Under the pieces are notes generated by a model. The model saw nothing but the letters and a program-made list of their open reading frames with translations, was not told the DNA's origin and did no database searches. From the NCBI RefSeq assembly GCF_036321535.1, contig NC_087473.1:16554001-16618000 (forward strand): a DNA stretch of 64,000 nt, read 5' to 3'. A program made the position numbers and the translations under genes. Below are positions 34,621 to 48,700 of this stretch, piece after piece; within the stretch, counting starts at the first letter, position 1, and each line of letters opens with the position of its first letter. The stretch is from Camelus dromedarius. Taxonomy: Eukaryota.

Positions 34621-36992
34621 GGACAGGGCTGAAACCCATCTTCCAAGAAATGAGGCCCCAGAGAGAAAGGGAAGGATGGAAGAGGGTGAGCATATGGCCA
34701 GGTGGAGGGGAAGGAACTCGTGGAGTGTGTTGGCATTTCCCCTCCTAAAGAGTGTTTAATCCCGCAAATCCCACACAGCCCACTATCTAAAGGTCTCCCG
34801 GCCGCCGGACGCCCGAGCTCTTTAGATCCCGCTCCTCAGAACACACGTTTGTTTACAGCTCTGCCAAGGAAGCATCTGGCTGCTTGTATGATTCAAACCC
34901 TCGAGAAAGACTTCTGAGCCCAAATCTCACTTTCTGCCCTGACCCAGGCTCGTCCCTGCTCGCCGCCTCTCTGTGCAAAACCCCGTGGTCATTTTGTCAG
35001 CTACGTCCGGGAATCCGCCTTGTGAAAATGCAACTGCCCCAAAGGACGCAGCTCAGCTTCCCGTCTTAACCTCTTTAATCAGAGCCCTTCCTCCTTTCCC
35101 ACCAAGACCTGCTTGTGAGACGGAATCACATTTTGATGCAGGGAAGGAAGAGGAGGCTTAATAGCAGTGAAGGGCTTTGGAATAGGAAGCCCACAGTAGA
35201 GGAATCATGTCCGAGCAGGTCCTTCTCGGGACCTGCGGGAGGTTGGTGGTTGCCCAAGGACACCCAGGACCTCCCCTCGTGCTGGCTCCTGTGACTGAAT
35301 GCCTGAGCGGGAGGCAAGCGTGCCTCCACCATGGGCAGCACGAAGGCAGCGAGACCCAGTGTACCCTGGGCCCTCTGGGAGAGAGTGCGGGCAAGCAGAA
35401 TGCCCTCAGCTTTGGTTTCTGGCAACCCTTTTGTGGGGGTCCTACCCCAGGGCGGTGTGTCCATTTGCGCCCACCCCTGCCACTGCAGCATTCCCCTGGC
35501 TCTTCTCAATGCTGGGCCAACATTGCACTGGGGTGTCTTGGGCTAAGCGAACTCCTGGGGCACGCTCCATGCTCTGGGGTGGCACAAATGCCCGCGTCTG
35601 GGTTCTGGAGATGGAAGTGATGCTGTGCTGGACCAGTATTCCCGGGGAGGTAGGGATGGGCTGGTCCTGCAGCCATGCTTCATAAAGAACCCTGTCTGCA
35701 GACGATGTCCATGGTGGGGATGCAATACAGTCGGTGGAGAGTCAGTGCCCTGAATTCCCTCCGTGCTGGGTGCTCAGCCTCTTTTGGGTGAGCCATTAAA
35801 AGGACAGGTGTGTGTGCGATGTCCTTTGCTGTGCCTTGCCCCCATCCTTGCCTGTGAGGTTCAGAGGGGGTGAGCTCACAGAAAGAAACTGACACACACC
35901 TTCTAGCATTGGAATGATGCGTCTTCCGAATCATAACCCACATTGGATGGTGGCTTGGAGAAAATTTAGAAAGGAAACATCATTCTGTGCCATTTTCTCC
36001 ACTTACCAGACTCAGAATGTTTCCAGCAGAATGCCAGTAATAGACCCTCAAAGTAGACACTTACCCACAACAGCACTTGTAAAGTGTTTGAGCTCATCCC
36101 TGGGTAGTCATTTCCAAAACAGCATTGTTATGCACTATATTAAGAGGGTTCCAAAATAAGATTATACATACCAGATTAATTCTCAAATAAGCCATGGTGA
36201 TGGCTGACTCAAATCTGACGTCCTAAAAAAAAAAATCTATTATGAAATACTCCAAAGAAATCTTTCTGCATTAACAAGTAAAGGGCACTGAGGGAAACAC
36301 GTCCATGCCAATGGGATATGGAGCCCTGAGTTAAATATAGGATTTATATTATAAATAAAGGCTGATATTTCTTTTAGGTGTATGATTTCTCCCCTAAAGT
36401 TGCCCTATTTTTTAGTCCACTGTAAATCCATTGCAATGGGACGTGACTAACTAGCATAGATAAATTTCCACCCCACCATACTGGTATGAATTCTGAGAAT
36501 TATATTGGTGTCTTTCTCAGTGTGGAATGTTTTCCCTACCCATTGAGCGGGAGGCATGGTAAGAACCCTCTGAACCTTTCTCTAAACCTTTTATTTTGTT
36601 GAAATAAATCAGCTGCTACAAGCAAGAGGTATCAAAACCAACATCTTTCTTTCATCTCTTTTCAAAAATCCACACACTTCACCTCGTTTTAAGTGTGTCC
36701 AGAAGGTGATCAGGAATGCTGCGAAAATAAAAAGAAGTCCCTGCGTGCGGCACACTTGGGGGCTCCGGGGACGGTTTAGACGGTGAATCCGAATCCCTCT
36801 CTTGCCGCCAGCCTGAGTCCCGCGCCCGCAATGCTGCTCCCCTGCTGTTCTGTGTAAATATCTGCTGTGTTCATCTGGGGCTGCAGACTTTCTACACGAA
36901 AGCATGTTGAACTCAAAACAGGGAAAACGCCTTCCAACGCAAAAACTGGAAGGAAAAGGCAAAAATAGAAATTACGGTAGGAAGAGGAATAT

Positions 36993-37131
36993 ATATTATA
37001 TATACATCTACATATCTATATAGATAATCTATAGTCCATACCTGTCTGCCTGTCTGTCTGTCTATTTGTCTATCAATCCATCCGTCTTATCTGTCTGTCT
37101 GCCTGTATCTGTCCATCTACATATCTATATA
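36993..37131. repeat. (TA)/(TCTA)/(TCTG)n low-complexity repeat running into a gap
   Basis: Read directly. Confidence 0.9.
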
Positions 37132-37288
37132 NNNNNNNNNNNNNNNNNNNNNNNNNNNNNNNNNNNNNNNNNNNNNNNNNNNNNNNNNNNNNNNNNNNNN
37201 NNNNNNNNNNNNNNNNNNNNNNNNNNNNNNNNNNNNNNNNNNNNNNNNNNNNNNNNNNNNNNNNNNNNNNNNNNNNNNNNNNNNNNNN
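37132..37288. other. Assembly gap (157 N)
   Basis: N run. Confidence 1.
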
Positions 37289-37434
37289 ATCAAAATAGCT
37301 TAGGGAAAATTGATTGTATCTATATGTGAAATTGAATCGTTTTAAATTAAAGAAAGAAATCACTATGGCTACATACCATTCCTTTGACAGAATTAAAATT
37401 CTCCATCACAAGTTAAATTCTCCAGTCTCCCTCA

Positions 37435-37506
37435 TTAATAGTATCTTTGCACACTGCTCACACGTAGCATTTAATAGTATTTTTGCACACTGCTCACAGG
37501 TAGCAT
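37435..37506. repeat. 36-bp tandem duplication
   Basis: TTAATAGTATCTTTGCACACTGCTCACACGTAGCAT / TTAATAGTATTTTTGCACACTGCTCACAGGTAGCAT, 2 mismatches. Confidence 0.93.
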
Positions 37507-38799
37507 TAAAAAGTGTCATTGTATGCTTGCAGAATGTTCTGTGCGTATGAGAGAGAGAGAAAGGACAGAGAGGAGCCCTGCAGAGGAGAAATGGAACATC
37601 TATCTGTACCTGTGGCTTTCTGAATATAAGTATGTTAGACATTCTCTTCAAGTTCCCCCATCCCCTGCCTTCCGGCATCAGATTAACTGGGGAGAAACAC
37701 AAGAGGTGGATTCAAAGGAAGGAATTGTTCTTTCAATTTCAAATGGTTGTGTAAACATAGCTCCCTCTCATTCCTTGTGCGAAACCAACCAAAAACACCC
37801 AAGAGAGTGAGAAACAGAGCAACGTTATCTTTCACGAGTCTGCGCATCTCCTGGGTCACAGCCCAAGCCGGAAGAGGGCCACGGCCACGTGCCTGAGGAA
37901 TCGGATGAAGGTGGCGGGGACACCAAGGGAAGGCGGCTTGTTCTGTGTGACCTGGGCAGAGCTCAGAGCTAACTAAAGTGGGTGACACACATTGAAAGGA
38001 AAGGCAGTGATCCCTTGCTTAGAAGAGGAAGGTCGAGGTGTGCAGACTGGCTTGGAAGCCCCCCTGCGTCACACTTCAATCATGGTATAGGATGGAGGTG
38101 GGGGAAGCGTTCATAAGAAAAAGCCACCAGGCCAGCTTTGCTCCAAGCAGAATGTGGGTTTGGAGATGTCTAGAGGTGTCACCTAGCCACGCAGCTACTC
38201 ATCTGTCCCTGGTGAAGGTGACAGCAGCAGTCTGAAACACGCTGCGACATGCACCGCCTCGGTGTGAGCCCGGACCACTTGCTGTCAGCCTGGGGGAGGC
38301 TCACCCACAGCCCGGTGCGGTTCCACAACCCCGGGGACTCCGCCAGGAACTCAAGCCTTCCAGCACTCCCGCTCCTCCTCCGCCCCGCTCCTCTGGGCTC
38401 TGCTCACTCAAGCTCCTGGTCCGCGTAGACGTCTCCTCCTTCAGACATGAGAAATGATATGCCTTTAAAAGGGCAGCCAGCCAGCGGCCTTTGAAGAGCT
38501 GCAGCGAGGGAAGAAAGAAAGACCCTGATATGATGGATGAAAGCATCCCCAAAGCACGAACAAAGAGATGCCCGAGAAATCAGAGCCACCACGGAGAGCA
38601 GTGCTGCTCTGAAGTGAGATTTTAAGGAAGAAACTTAAAGCTTAGAGGAGGAGCTGGTAATACGTGAGATGGGAATTGAAAAGTAGGTCGGTGGCCCCAG
38701 AAGTAAATGAGAATTATAACTGAGTAGGAGAGGCAGAGAGGGACAGGGAGATAGAAGAGACGGGCCGTGCTGCCCTGCCGAAGTTAAAAACGAGTGCAC

Positions 38800-39488
38800 A
38801 GGTGGTGCAGCCCCTGTGGAAAACAATATGGACATTCCTCAAAAGACTAGGAATAGACTTACCATATGACCCAGGGATCCCACTCCTGGGCATATATCCA
38901 GAAGGAACCCTACTGCAAAAAGACACCTGCACCCCAATGTTCATAGCAGCACTATTTACAATAGCCAAGACATGGAAACAGCCTCAATGTCCATCGACAG
39001 ATGACTGGATAAAGAAGGGGTGGTATATTTATACAATGGAATACTACTCAGCCACAAAAACCGACAACATAATGCCATTTGCAGCAACATGGCTGTTACT
39101 GGAGAATGTCATTCTAAGTGAAGTAAGCCAAAAAGAGAAAGAAAAGTACCATATGAGATCGCTCATATGTGGAATCTAAACAAACAAACAAACAAGGCAT
39201 AAATACAGAACAGAAATAAACTCAGACATAGAATATAGACTTGTGGTTGCCAAGGGGGTGGGGGGGTGGGAAGAGATAGACTGGGATTTCAAAATTGTAG
39301 AAGAGATAAACAAGATTATACTGTATAGCACAGGGAAGTATATACAAGATCTTACTGTAGCTCACAGAGAAATAATGTGACAATGAATACATGTATGTTC
39401 ATGTATAACTGAAAAATTGTGCTCTACACTGGAATTTGGCACAACATTGTAAAATGACTATAAATCAATAAAAAACTTAAAAAAAAAA
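38800..39488 (+). mobile_element. Young lineage-specific L1, 5'-truncated (ORF2 C-terminus, 3' UTR, poly(A))
   Basis: Uninterrupted frame 38802-39179, VQPLWKTIWTFLKRLGIDLPYDPGIPLLGIYP...SEVSQKEKEKYHMRSLICGI*; G-rich tract at 39254-39270; AATAAA followed by an A-run. Confidence 0.95.
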
Positions 39489-40509
39489 GAAGTTTGTAAG
39501 GGAAACGCACTGATTCAATCTGATACACACCAAGCTTACTCATCTCATAAAGATAATTGCTTGAATGACGCCGGTAAATCTAATTTTTGCAGTCTGTATA
39601 TGTGTATTACCTCAAGATAAGAGTCGTTTTTATCAATATGGAGCAAAAATATACGCTGTAGAAGGTTTCAGTACCTTGTATTTTGGACACGAAAAATCAC
39701 GCATGTTACTAAGGCAGTTCCCGTGAGAAGGGTGGACGTCCAGGAATTGTCAGTAACAGCCTCAGAAGAGGTCCCTGACTCGGGGACTTCTCGTGGCCCA
39801 CGACGTGAACAGGGGATGCTAAGTGGTTCTGCAGGATGTAAGCCGGAGTCCAGTAACACAGAGGCAGTTTGTGATGAGGATGTATGTTCGGGCACTGTGT
39901 GAGGTGCAGAGTCAGAGAGATGCCCCTGGGGGACACGGAAGTCTCCGTGAAGAAGCTGGATCTGAGCAGGGGCTCGTGAGATGTGAGGACTGGCAGGGCG
40001 GCGGGGGCAGATGACGTGCTCCAGGGGCCGGGGCAATGACATCTCGGACGCGGGCTGGGACAGGAACGGGTCAGACCCCAAGATGGAGGTGGCCTGTGAG
40101 GACAGGGCACTGAGTAAGGGAGAGCACAGACGGGGTGGCTGCAGCCAGCTGTCACGGTCCAGAGAGTCCGGATCTTCCGTGTTAGGTGGGGGAGAAGCTG
40201 GGAGGGCTTTCCAGCGGCTGATGGATACGGTCCAGTTGTTTGGAAGAGGCACCTCCTTAGAGAATTCTGGTCACCCAGTAATTTTGACTCAACTCTTCAT
40301 CTTACCGCTTGAAGCTCACTTGGAAGTTCTGGTCAAGTGTCACAATTGCTCTTGGAAGAGCCCAGGGGATTGTGTGGCAGGGTGACCGGTGTCATCTCCG
40401 AGGGTGAGAATAAAGCTCTTCCCAATGTGAGTTCTGTCAAGACCCCTGAGGACTCGGGAAAGCCCTAAAGGGAAGAAGGATTTTAAAAAATTAACGGGCT
40501 TCAAAAAAA

Positions 40510-40985
40510 GATCAACAGACATTCTTCGGGGCAGGAGAACTTTTAGGTGTATAGAAACCTTGAGAGAAAGTCCAGCAAGTTCCCATGTACGTACCCCTCC
40601 CGAGCGTCCCCTCCGGTGAACATCTGGATCTGGCTTTGCTGCAGTGCCTTTGTTACCGTTCATGCACCATGTGTTACAGCTGATACACCAGTATTGTTGT
40701 GTTGTTACTCACTGGATCCCTCGGTTTACATGGCGGCTCGCTCTTGGCGTTGTGCATCCTGCGGGTTTTGACAAATGTATATAATGACACGTATCTACCA
40801 TGACACCCTCAATAGAATAGTGTCACTGCCCTAAAAACCCTCTGTACCCTTAATCCCTGGCAGCCTCGGATTTTTTTTTTTTCACTGCCTCCATAATTTT
40901 GCCTTTTCTAGAATGCCGTCTACTTGAATCATATAGTGTGTTGCCTTTGCACATTGGCTTCTTGCACTTACTCCAATGCATTTTA
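40510..40985 (-). mobile_element. L1MC-like 3' UTR
   Basis: acttttaggtgtatagaaaccttgagagaaag...gggttttgacaaatgtatataatgacacg...gaatagtgtcactgccctaaaaa...ttttgccttttctagaatg. Confidence 0.8.
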
Positions 40986-41069
40986 ATCTTCTAAGGATTT
41001 TTTTAAAACAAAATAAATATTAGGTTTAAACCAAGAATAAATCAGGAATCATATATATTCTCCCTCAGC

Positions 41070-41489
41070 TTTTTTTTTTTTTTTTTTAAATTGTAGTACA
41101 GTCAATTACAATGTGCTATTCTCTGGTGCACAGCACAATGTCCCAGTCATGCATACACATACATATATTTGTTTTCATATTTTTTCCATTAAAGGTTATT
41201 ATAAGATATTGAATATACTTCCCTGTGCTCTACAAAAGAAACCTTTTTAAATATCTTTTTTTATATAGTGGCTAACATTTGTAAATATCAAACTCCCAAA
41301 TTTATCCCCTCCCACCCCCTTTCCCCAGTAACCATAGATTGTTCACTATGTCTGTGAGTCTGTTTCTGTTTTGTAGATGAGTTCATAGTATCCTTTTTTT
41401 CTTTTTCTTTTTCTTTTTTAAGATTCCACGTATGAGTGATATCATATGGTATTTTTCTTTCTCCTTCTGGCTTACTTCACTTAGAATGA
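41070..41489 (-). mobile_element. Young L1 3' end continuing into a gap
   Basis: Poly(T) at 41070, 3' UTR, then the ORF2 end ILSEVSQKEKEKYHMISLIRGI on the minus strand. Confidence 0.93.
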
Positions 41490-41678
41490 NNNNNNNNNNN
41501 NNNNNNNNNNNNNNNNNNNNNNNNNNNNNNNNNNNNNNNNNNNNNNNNNNNNNNNNNNNNNNNNNNNNNNNNNNNNNNNNNNNNNNNNNNNNNNNNNNNN
41601 NNNNNNNNNNNNNNNNNNNNNNNNNNNNNNNNNNNNNNNNNNNNNNNNNNNNNNNNNNNNNNNNNNNNNNNNNNNNNN
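41490..41678. other. Assembly gap (189 N)
   Basis: N run. Confidence 1.
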
Positions 41679-42584
41679 CTTTTTGCATTAAAGTTCCCTC
41701 CAGATTTATATCCAGAAGTTATTTTCCCTTAACTTTAAAATGGAGGCCCTTGAGTTTTCTAACACTTTAACATTAAAACACTAATTCTTTAACCAAGGTG
41801 TGTGGATGTGGATATATTTGATACTTAATGCCAGCCTCATTTCACACATGCACCATGTACATTTTCAAACACATATTTTTTCATGCATTCATTGAACACG
41901 GACCTGTTCATAAACCCTTGGCTTGAAAGGAGCTTATAGTTATTTTTATTACAAATCTCATTACAAACAGTAGCTCATAAAGAATACACTTGTATCTAAA
42001 GAAGTGAAAAAATTATACATTCCAGTAAACTGATCAGAATCAAAAAATGATGGTATCTTGGAAGGCTTTGTGCACCATATTTTATGTGCATTCATGTTTA
42101 AAGAGTTTTTTATTCTCCACATATTTAATCACAGCATTTATCAGACTGGTTTTCAGCTGTGAGTTTACCTGGTCCTAAGGAAATTCTCGTCCCTTGTTTG
42201 AGACCTTCAAAATAATGTGCTGAGAAGAACGTGTTACTGTCCTTAAATTGAAAATAACCTGTGCCCACAAACATAACCTACTCGCATCCATCAAGAGAAC
42301 ATCCTATTTTGATGTCCAGTAACTTCCTAACCAGGAAAAGGATTTAGTCCCTAACAAAATTAAAACAAACACCCCTCTGATAACAGAGAATTAGCCCTGC
42401 TGGTGTAAGAAATGAAAATCTCAGTTGGATGTTGCAAGTTTTTGTGAGCAGCAGAGTTTCCACCCATCGGACAAGAGCTGTTTCATTTTGCGTTTCACTG
42501 CCCTGGGTCCAGAAATGTGATTTGGGAGATTTAAAACAGGGAGTGGGAACATAGCCAGTGCTGTAATTTTTTACAGTTCCCCAC

Positions 42585-42592
42585 GTGTGTGC

Positions 42593-42626
<34 letters not shown>
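42585..42626. repeat. (TG)n/(TGCG) microsatellite
   Basis: Read directly; alternating purine-pyrimidine. Confidence 0.97.
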
Positions 42627-42629
<3 letters not shown>

Positions 42630-43204
42630 CTTGCTTAAATTGAAACCATCTATAAAAAATACCTCTGTGACCCTCCGACAATAGTTAGACCCAAATCTCT
42701 AAGAGACGTGTGTGTTCACATTATGGGGTAGAAATGACACTGTCTCTTTTTTTGTTTTTGTTTTTTTTTTCTGTACATTACATCCCCATGACTCATTTAT
42801 TTTATAGCTAAGAGTTTGTACAAAAGGTACTAAAGGTAGAAATGACATTCTCTTTTCTTTCAGACACCCTTACTATAAACAGTTTCAGGACTCTGACCTC
42901 TTTGGGTTACCATGGAAAAAAATCTCCAAGAGAAATTTGGATTTTTTTTTGTGCAGAAAATGTTACATGGATGAACTGAAGGTTGAAACCAACAGCACTA
43001 GCGAGTAGGGGTCCAGTACCCCCCCTCACCCTGTGCTCAGCCAAAGGCACTGAGAGATTCAGTTCCTAACCCTCCTAGGATGTGCCCAGGAGGTACCCTC
43101 GAGCCTGGGAGGGTCCCACTATTTACATGTGTCTTCTCCCTGTGTCATTGTTAAGGTGTCCCCTTGCTCAGAACAGTACTGTGGAACCACCACCAGAAGT
43201 ATGT

Positions 43205-43595
43205 GGATATGGACTGAATTGTGTCCCCCCCACAGTTTGTGTTTTGACATCCTCACTCCCAGGACCTCAGAACGCGACTGTGTTTGGAGACGGGGTCTTT
43301 AAAGGGGTGGTAAAGGTAAAATGCAGTCATTACGATGGGCCCCAATCCCATAGGATTGGTGTCCTTGTAAGAAGAGGAGACGAGGACACAGACACCCACA
43401 GAGGGACGACCACATGAGGACACAGGGAGGAGACGGCTGTCCACACACCAAGGAGAGAGGGCTCGGGAGACACCAGCCCTGCTGTCACCCTGATCTGGGA
43501 CTCCCAGCTTCCAGAACTGGGAAATAGTAAATGTCTGTTACTTAACTCCTCAAGTCTGTGCTACGTTGTTACAGCAGCCAGAGAGAACTAATACC
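43205..43595 (+). mobile_element. MLT1B-like MaLR solo LTR, near full length
   Basis: atggactgaattgtgtcccccc...gtccttgtaagaagaggag...ccaaggagagaggg...ttccagaactg...gaactaatac. Confidence 0.9.
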
Positions 43596-44672
43596 ATGCT
43601 TATGGAATCTTCCCAGTCTGGCAAGTCTGTGAATTTCAAGCGTCCTTTGCCCCCCGCTTCATCTGGTGGCTGGCAGCAGCAGACTGGCTGTGGCCATAGA
43701 ACTGAGACCATTAACTAGCCTGTTGCCGTCTTTCCACGGTAAACCTGTTTCTCTAGTTCCACGCTTCCTGTCTGCCTGGCCTGACCCAGACCTTTCCCTT
43801 TCCTTCTCTGTGTAGGGCACCTGCTCCAACATCCTCCGTCCTGACGTGCTGCCTTGCCCCCTGGATAACTTGAGGCCTCTGGTTCCAGTCTGTAAGGCCC
43901 ACGTGTCTGTAGGATCCTGCGATTAGTCACAATATTTTGATGAAAGGGCAAAAAATGCCAGGTCTTTCTGTTTCAGTCATGTGCAGCACCTTACTAGTGA
44001 TTTGAATCTTCTTATCTCTGTTGAGGTGTCTTTGCTCAGTCATACGTGTTTATGGATAAAAAGGGAGCTATGTGTCTTCATCCTGCAGAAGATGTATGTA
44101 ATTCTCCTGCTTTGCAAATGAAGAGTGAAACAGTTCTCTTAGGTTAGGCTCAGAGAAATCAGCAGAAATATTAGATGACGCCTATGCGCATGGTGGGTTC
44201 TTCAGTAAAAGTCTATCTCTTCAGTGGATGCCAGGCAGCATTTGGGAGGGTATCTGGAACTGGCTCTGTAAGATGTTGGCTCCTGTCCACAGTTGCCTCC
44301 CGGGGAAGCAAACTTGGGTGACGGACCTGCTGGGAACTGAGGATGGGGGAGCAGGGCTGGCATGGGGGTGAGGTGTACTGAAACCCGTCTGCAGGGAGTG
44401 GTTCTGGCACGAGGAGCTGTGCATCCTCACACAGCCTGGCACACTCATGCATGGTTTGGGCAACATGGATATCTGAGGGAACGCAGGAAAGGGTTTCTGG
44501 AAAAGCAGGAAAACCGTGAAGTCAGCCTCCAGCTGGTGCGCCCGGCAGGGTAATCAGGTTTCTTGAGGAAAGGCTGGAAAGGATGAGGTATCGACATCCT
44601 AGCTATATAGATAGAGTTACGGTTCAGAGCTCAGTCCTGGAGGAGACTCTCAGGTTTCCATGTCAGACAGAC

Positions 44673-44900
44673 CAGGGTCTCCCAAGCCCGGCACTCTGAC
44701 ATTTGGACCAGATGATTCTTTGTTGTGGGAGACTGTCCTGTACCGTAGGATACTGAGCAGTGTCCCTGGCCTCTACCCACTGGAGGCCAGTAGCACCCAC
44801 CCGTAGTTGTGCAGACAAAAAAATGTCTCTAGACATTACCAAATGACCCGGGTGCAGGCTGGCGGGTGGGAGGCACACATCACCTGTATTAGAGAAACGC
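44673..44900 (-). mobile_element. MER20 (hAT-Charlie), near full length
   Basis: cagggtctcccaagcccggcactctgacattt...attctttgttgtggg...ccctggcctctacccactggaggccagtagcac...aaatgtctctagacattaccaaatg. Confidence 0.9.
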
Positions 44901-46689
44901 TGAGGGAGACGGAAGGAACCCGTGCCAGGAGGAATCTCAGCACCATGGACAGGCCCAAGAAAGGCGAACTGACTTTGTTCTGCGTCCAGTTCCCAAAATG
45001 TAATGGTGGAAGCTGGGTATCTGACACGCCGTGTGAGAAGGGTTTGAGGCCAAGCTTCAGGTAGAAAGAAGTGAATGAACGATTCATGATGTCTGATTGA
45101 AGCAAAAGACCATGGGATGATGGCACTCCTGCCATCATTTTGTTCCTGCCGGAACCCCAGGAGGACAGGCAAGGGTGTTGTGACTGTGGGCCTCAGATAA
45201 TGGGTCTGATTTCCAACAGGACTCACCACCACCTTTTCTGTAAACAGGGGACACTGAGTCTGCTGATTTTCCCCCCTCCTACGCTTCCATGATTGACGTA
45301 GGGGCTACAATGGCCTGGACAGGCTTGGGGTGGGCATTGGAAGGTCTAGCTGGACAAAACAAATGCACATTTGTAGTTCTGAGAACTTATATAATATAGA
45401 CTTCCCGATTCAATATAAGAATAGACAGCCTCTGTTCTCTTAAGACCCTGAGGATTTATGTGGGAGGCGGACACATGCTAATTTAGAACTTCAACAGAAA
45501 TCCCCCTTCAGTGAGGTGGGCCTGGTCTCCCTTCCCTTTCACATTTAACTAAGTGGTACAGCCCCCATCACGAAGACTGATATCTGATGATGTGAAACAA
45601 TTAAGCGAAAGCATCTATTTGCTTACCTAAGAAATCCGAAGTTTTTACAGCGAAAAGTGCTAAATCAATTTTCAAAGTTGACATCGTATATTTATCACTT
45701 TATACCTAATGGCCTTTCTATGATAGATTGACTTAAGTGATGTGTACCGGAGAATTAGCACAACTTATCTTTTTAAATAAAGGGAAGTGTGAAATGACAG
45801 GCTTGTCTCCCCTGGGGTTTAAAGATGCAGGTCTCTCTTAACACAGGGCATTTTAAAGTTAGGAGACCTCTGAAAGTGCAAGGTTCATCCAACGGCAGGA
45901 TATCTCATTCACTGAGTTACAGATCAGAAAAGTCAGGACCAGAGGGAGGAAGTCATGTGTCCAAGACTTCCAGACAGGGAGTTTTCACTACATCCCCATG
46001 ATGTTAACGCCTTCCACCTTCCACAGTGACTTTTCATGATCTGAATTTCATGCTGTCGTGCTCTGAGTCATGGAGCATCTCGGACTGTCTTTATAGTCGC
46101 TGAGCAGTCCATAAAAAATGTAGAGAGAAGCCTTGCTTTAGAACTGACTTCATGGTGGAAGTAGAATTTTTGAAAACGAAAGTTCCAGTGAATGGCATAA
46201 AGGTATAGAGCAGACAGAGAGCATGCTAACAGCAAAGTGCGTAGACCATGGAGTAAGTGAACCCTGAATACATCCCAAAAAAAAAAGAACAGGAAAGGCT
46301 CTCACAGGATGACTCTTGCCAAGAAAAGAAGAAGAAAAAAAAAAAAAAGAGTAAGAAAAGCAAGTATAACAGTCAACTGATTAATGGGGAAGATTGCCTT
46401 CCTCCTCCAACGAGGCTATGAAGAAATCATCCCAGTGGTTAACACCCTAGGGACACAAACTGGAGTCCCACGGCCATGAAAGGGGGCCCTCCATAACTGG
46501 GCAAAAATACTCCTGTTTTGTTCAATTGCCTTTGAAAGCAATGCTCAAACTCAAGTGCTACCCTGGTAGTAAAAACTGTAATGCAGTCGTATGAGTCACA
46601 GTAGAACAGACTATTCTCATGGTTTAATAATACACACACAGCTGGAGCAGGCTATGTTACGTCACGGAAGTAAGCTACAGTGTAATATT

Positions 46690-47830
46690 GCTTAGAAACA
46701 TTTGAAAACCAATCAGCATAATCTACAGTATTGCCAATCTACACACACATGCACAAAATGACCATCTCAATAAATGTAGAAAAGGACTTTTTAAAAATCC
46801 AATATCCAGTGCTGATTAAAACCCTGGTGGAAACTACCTCGATCTGATAAAAGACATCTACTAAAAACCTAAAGCTAACGTCATTGTTAGGGTGCAAACT
46901 AAACACTTTTCCCTTAAGTTCAGGAACAAAATAGAGATGTCCACTCTCCGCATTTCTAGTCAACATTGTGCTAGAAATTCAAACCACTGCGATAAGAAAA
47001 GAAAAATAAATAAAAGGCACTGAGACTGGAAAGGAGGAATGAAGTGTCTTTAGGCATAGACAATATGATCAAAAACTCCAATGGAATATACTAAGTATCT
47101 ACTGGAGCTATTATGATTAGTAGAGTGAATTATCCAAACAACTCATTACTGTCTCCGTATGCTAGCAACCATCAAAAATTTAAATTGAAAGTCAATGCCA
47201 TTTACAGGAGCATCTAAAATATGACACATTCAAGGTTGAATTTGAGAAAAGATACGTACAACGTATACACTGAAAACCAAAAATATTCTTGAGAGGATGA
47301 AAGAAGAACTAAATAAATGGAGAGATACGCATTGTTCATAGGTTGGAAGACTTAGTATTAAGATGTCAGTCCTCCCTAAGTTGATCTGTAGATTCCACAC
47401 AGTCCCAATCAAAATCCTAAAAGGCTTCTTTCGAAAAATTTTCCAGCTGATTCTAAACTCAAAACACCCAGAATAGCCAAAACCACTTTGAAACAAAAGA
47501 GCAAAGTTGGAGGACTAACACTATATGATATCAAGATGTATTATAAAACTACAAGTAATCAAGACAGTCTGATGCTGGCATTAAGATAGTAGATCAGTGG
47601 ATTGGAATAGACCCAAATATATATAGATAACTGCTTCTGGCAAAGATACAAAGGCAATTCAGTAAAGAAATACTGGAACAATAGGATTTCCATATGTGAA
47701 AAATGAACTTCAGTCCATACCTATAAATCATACATGCAAACGTGCATGCTAATATTAACTCAAAGTGGATTGTCAACTTATATATAAAACCTAAAACCAC
47801 AACACTTTGAGAAGAAAATACAGAGTGAAA
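46690..47830 (+). mobile_element. Old L1 ORF2 (reverse-transcriptase region) fragment
   Basis: A-rich; atctcaataaatgtagaaaagg, caggaacaaaatagagatgtccactctc, gacttagtattaagatgtcagtcctccctaag, aacaaaagagcaaagttggagga; degraded. Confidence 0.9.
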
Positions 47831-47854
47831 TCTTTGAGACTTAAAAGCGCCATC

Positions 47855-48700
47855 TAACCTCTGCATCAGTTCTGGGTCAGCTTCAATTGATTTTTTTTTT
47901 TAAATCATGCATTATTTTTTCTTGTTTCTTTGCATGACTGGAAATTTTTGATTGGATGGTAGACATTGTGTTTTAAACTTTTTAGGTACTAGAAATACTT
48001 TTTGCATTTCTGTAAGTATTCTTGAGGTACACTGTTTTCTCCGTTAGGTTCCTTGGAAACAATTTGCACTTTTTGAGGCTTACTTTTATGATTCGATAAG
48101 AAGGTTCAGAGCAATGCTCAGTCTAGGGTTCATTATGCCCCATGACTCAAGGCAACAAGACCTTTCTGAATACTCTACTCAATGCCCCATGAATTATAGT
48201 CTGGCTGGTGGAAGCAGGCTCTCTTCCCAGCGCTGGGTGAACACAGAGCAATATTCTCTCTAATTATTTCAGGTGATTCTCTCCTTGGCCTTGTGTAGTT
48301 TCTCAGACTTACACACTGATCAGAATTCTGCTGGATCCTCCAGGGGGCCCTCTGAAGGCCTCTGGGCTGCTCCCTCTTTGTTCAGCTCTCTTCTGTCTGG
48401 TTCTCTGTCCTGCTGACTAACCATATAGGTCACCCCAACGTTTCAGGTCCACCTCCTCCACTCAGAGAGTCTGTCACACCCTCAGGCCCCCTGCTACACA
48501 CTGCGTCCTGGAAACTCTTCAAAGCCTTCTGCAATCACAGCACTCACCTTATTTGTTTTCTGTCTCTCAGGGTTCTTCATTGTCAGATGTCCAGGTTCAT
48601 GAAAATCACCGTTTTTCCTGTGTTTTGTTTGTTTTTCTGGTTGTTGAAGTGGGAAAGTCAATCCAGTCCCTGTGACTCCTTCTTGGCCAGAAGTGGACGT
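47855..48700 (-). mobile_element. Old L1M 5'-region fragment
   Basis: tttgcatgactggaaatttttgattggatggtagacattgtg...tactctactcaatgccccatgaattat...ctggctggtgg; similar to the segment at 7570-7700. Confidence 0.7.
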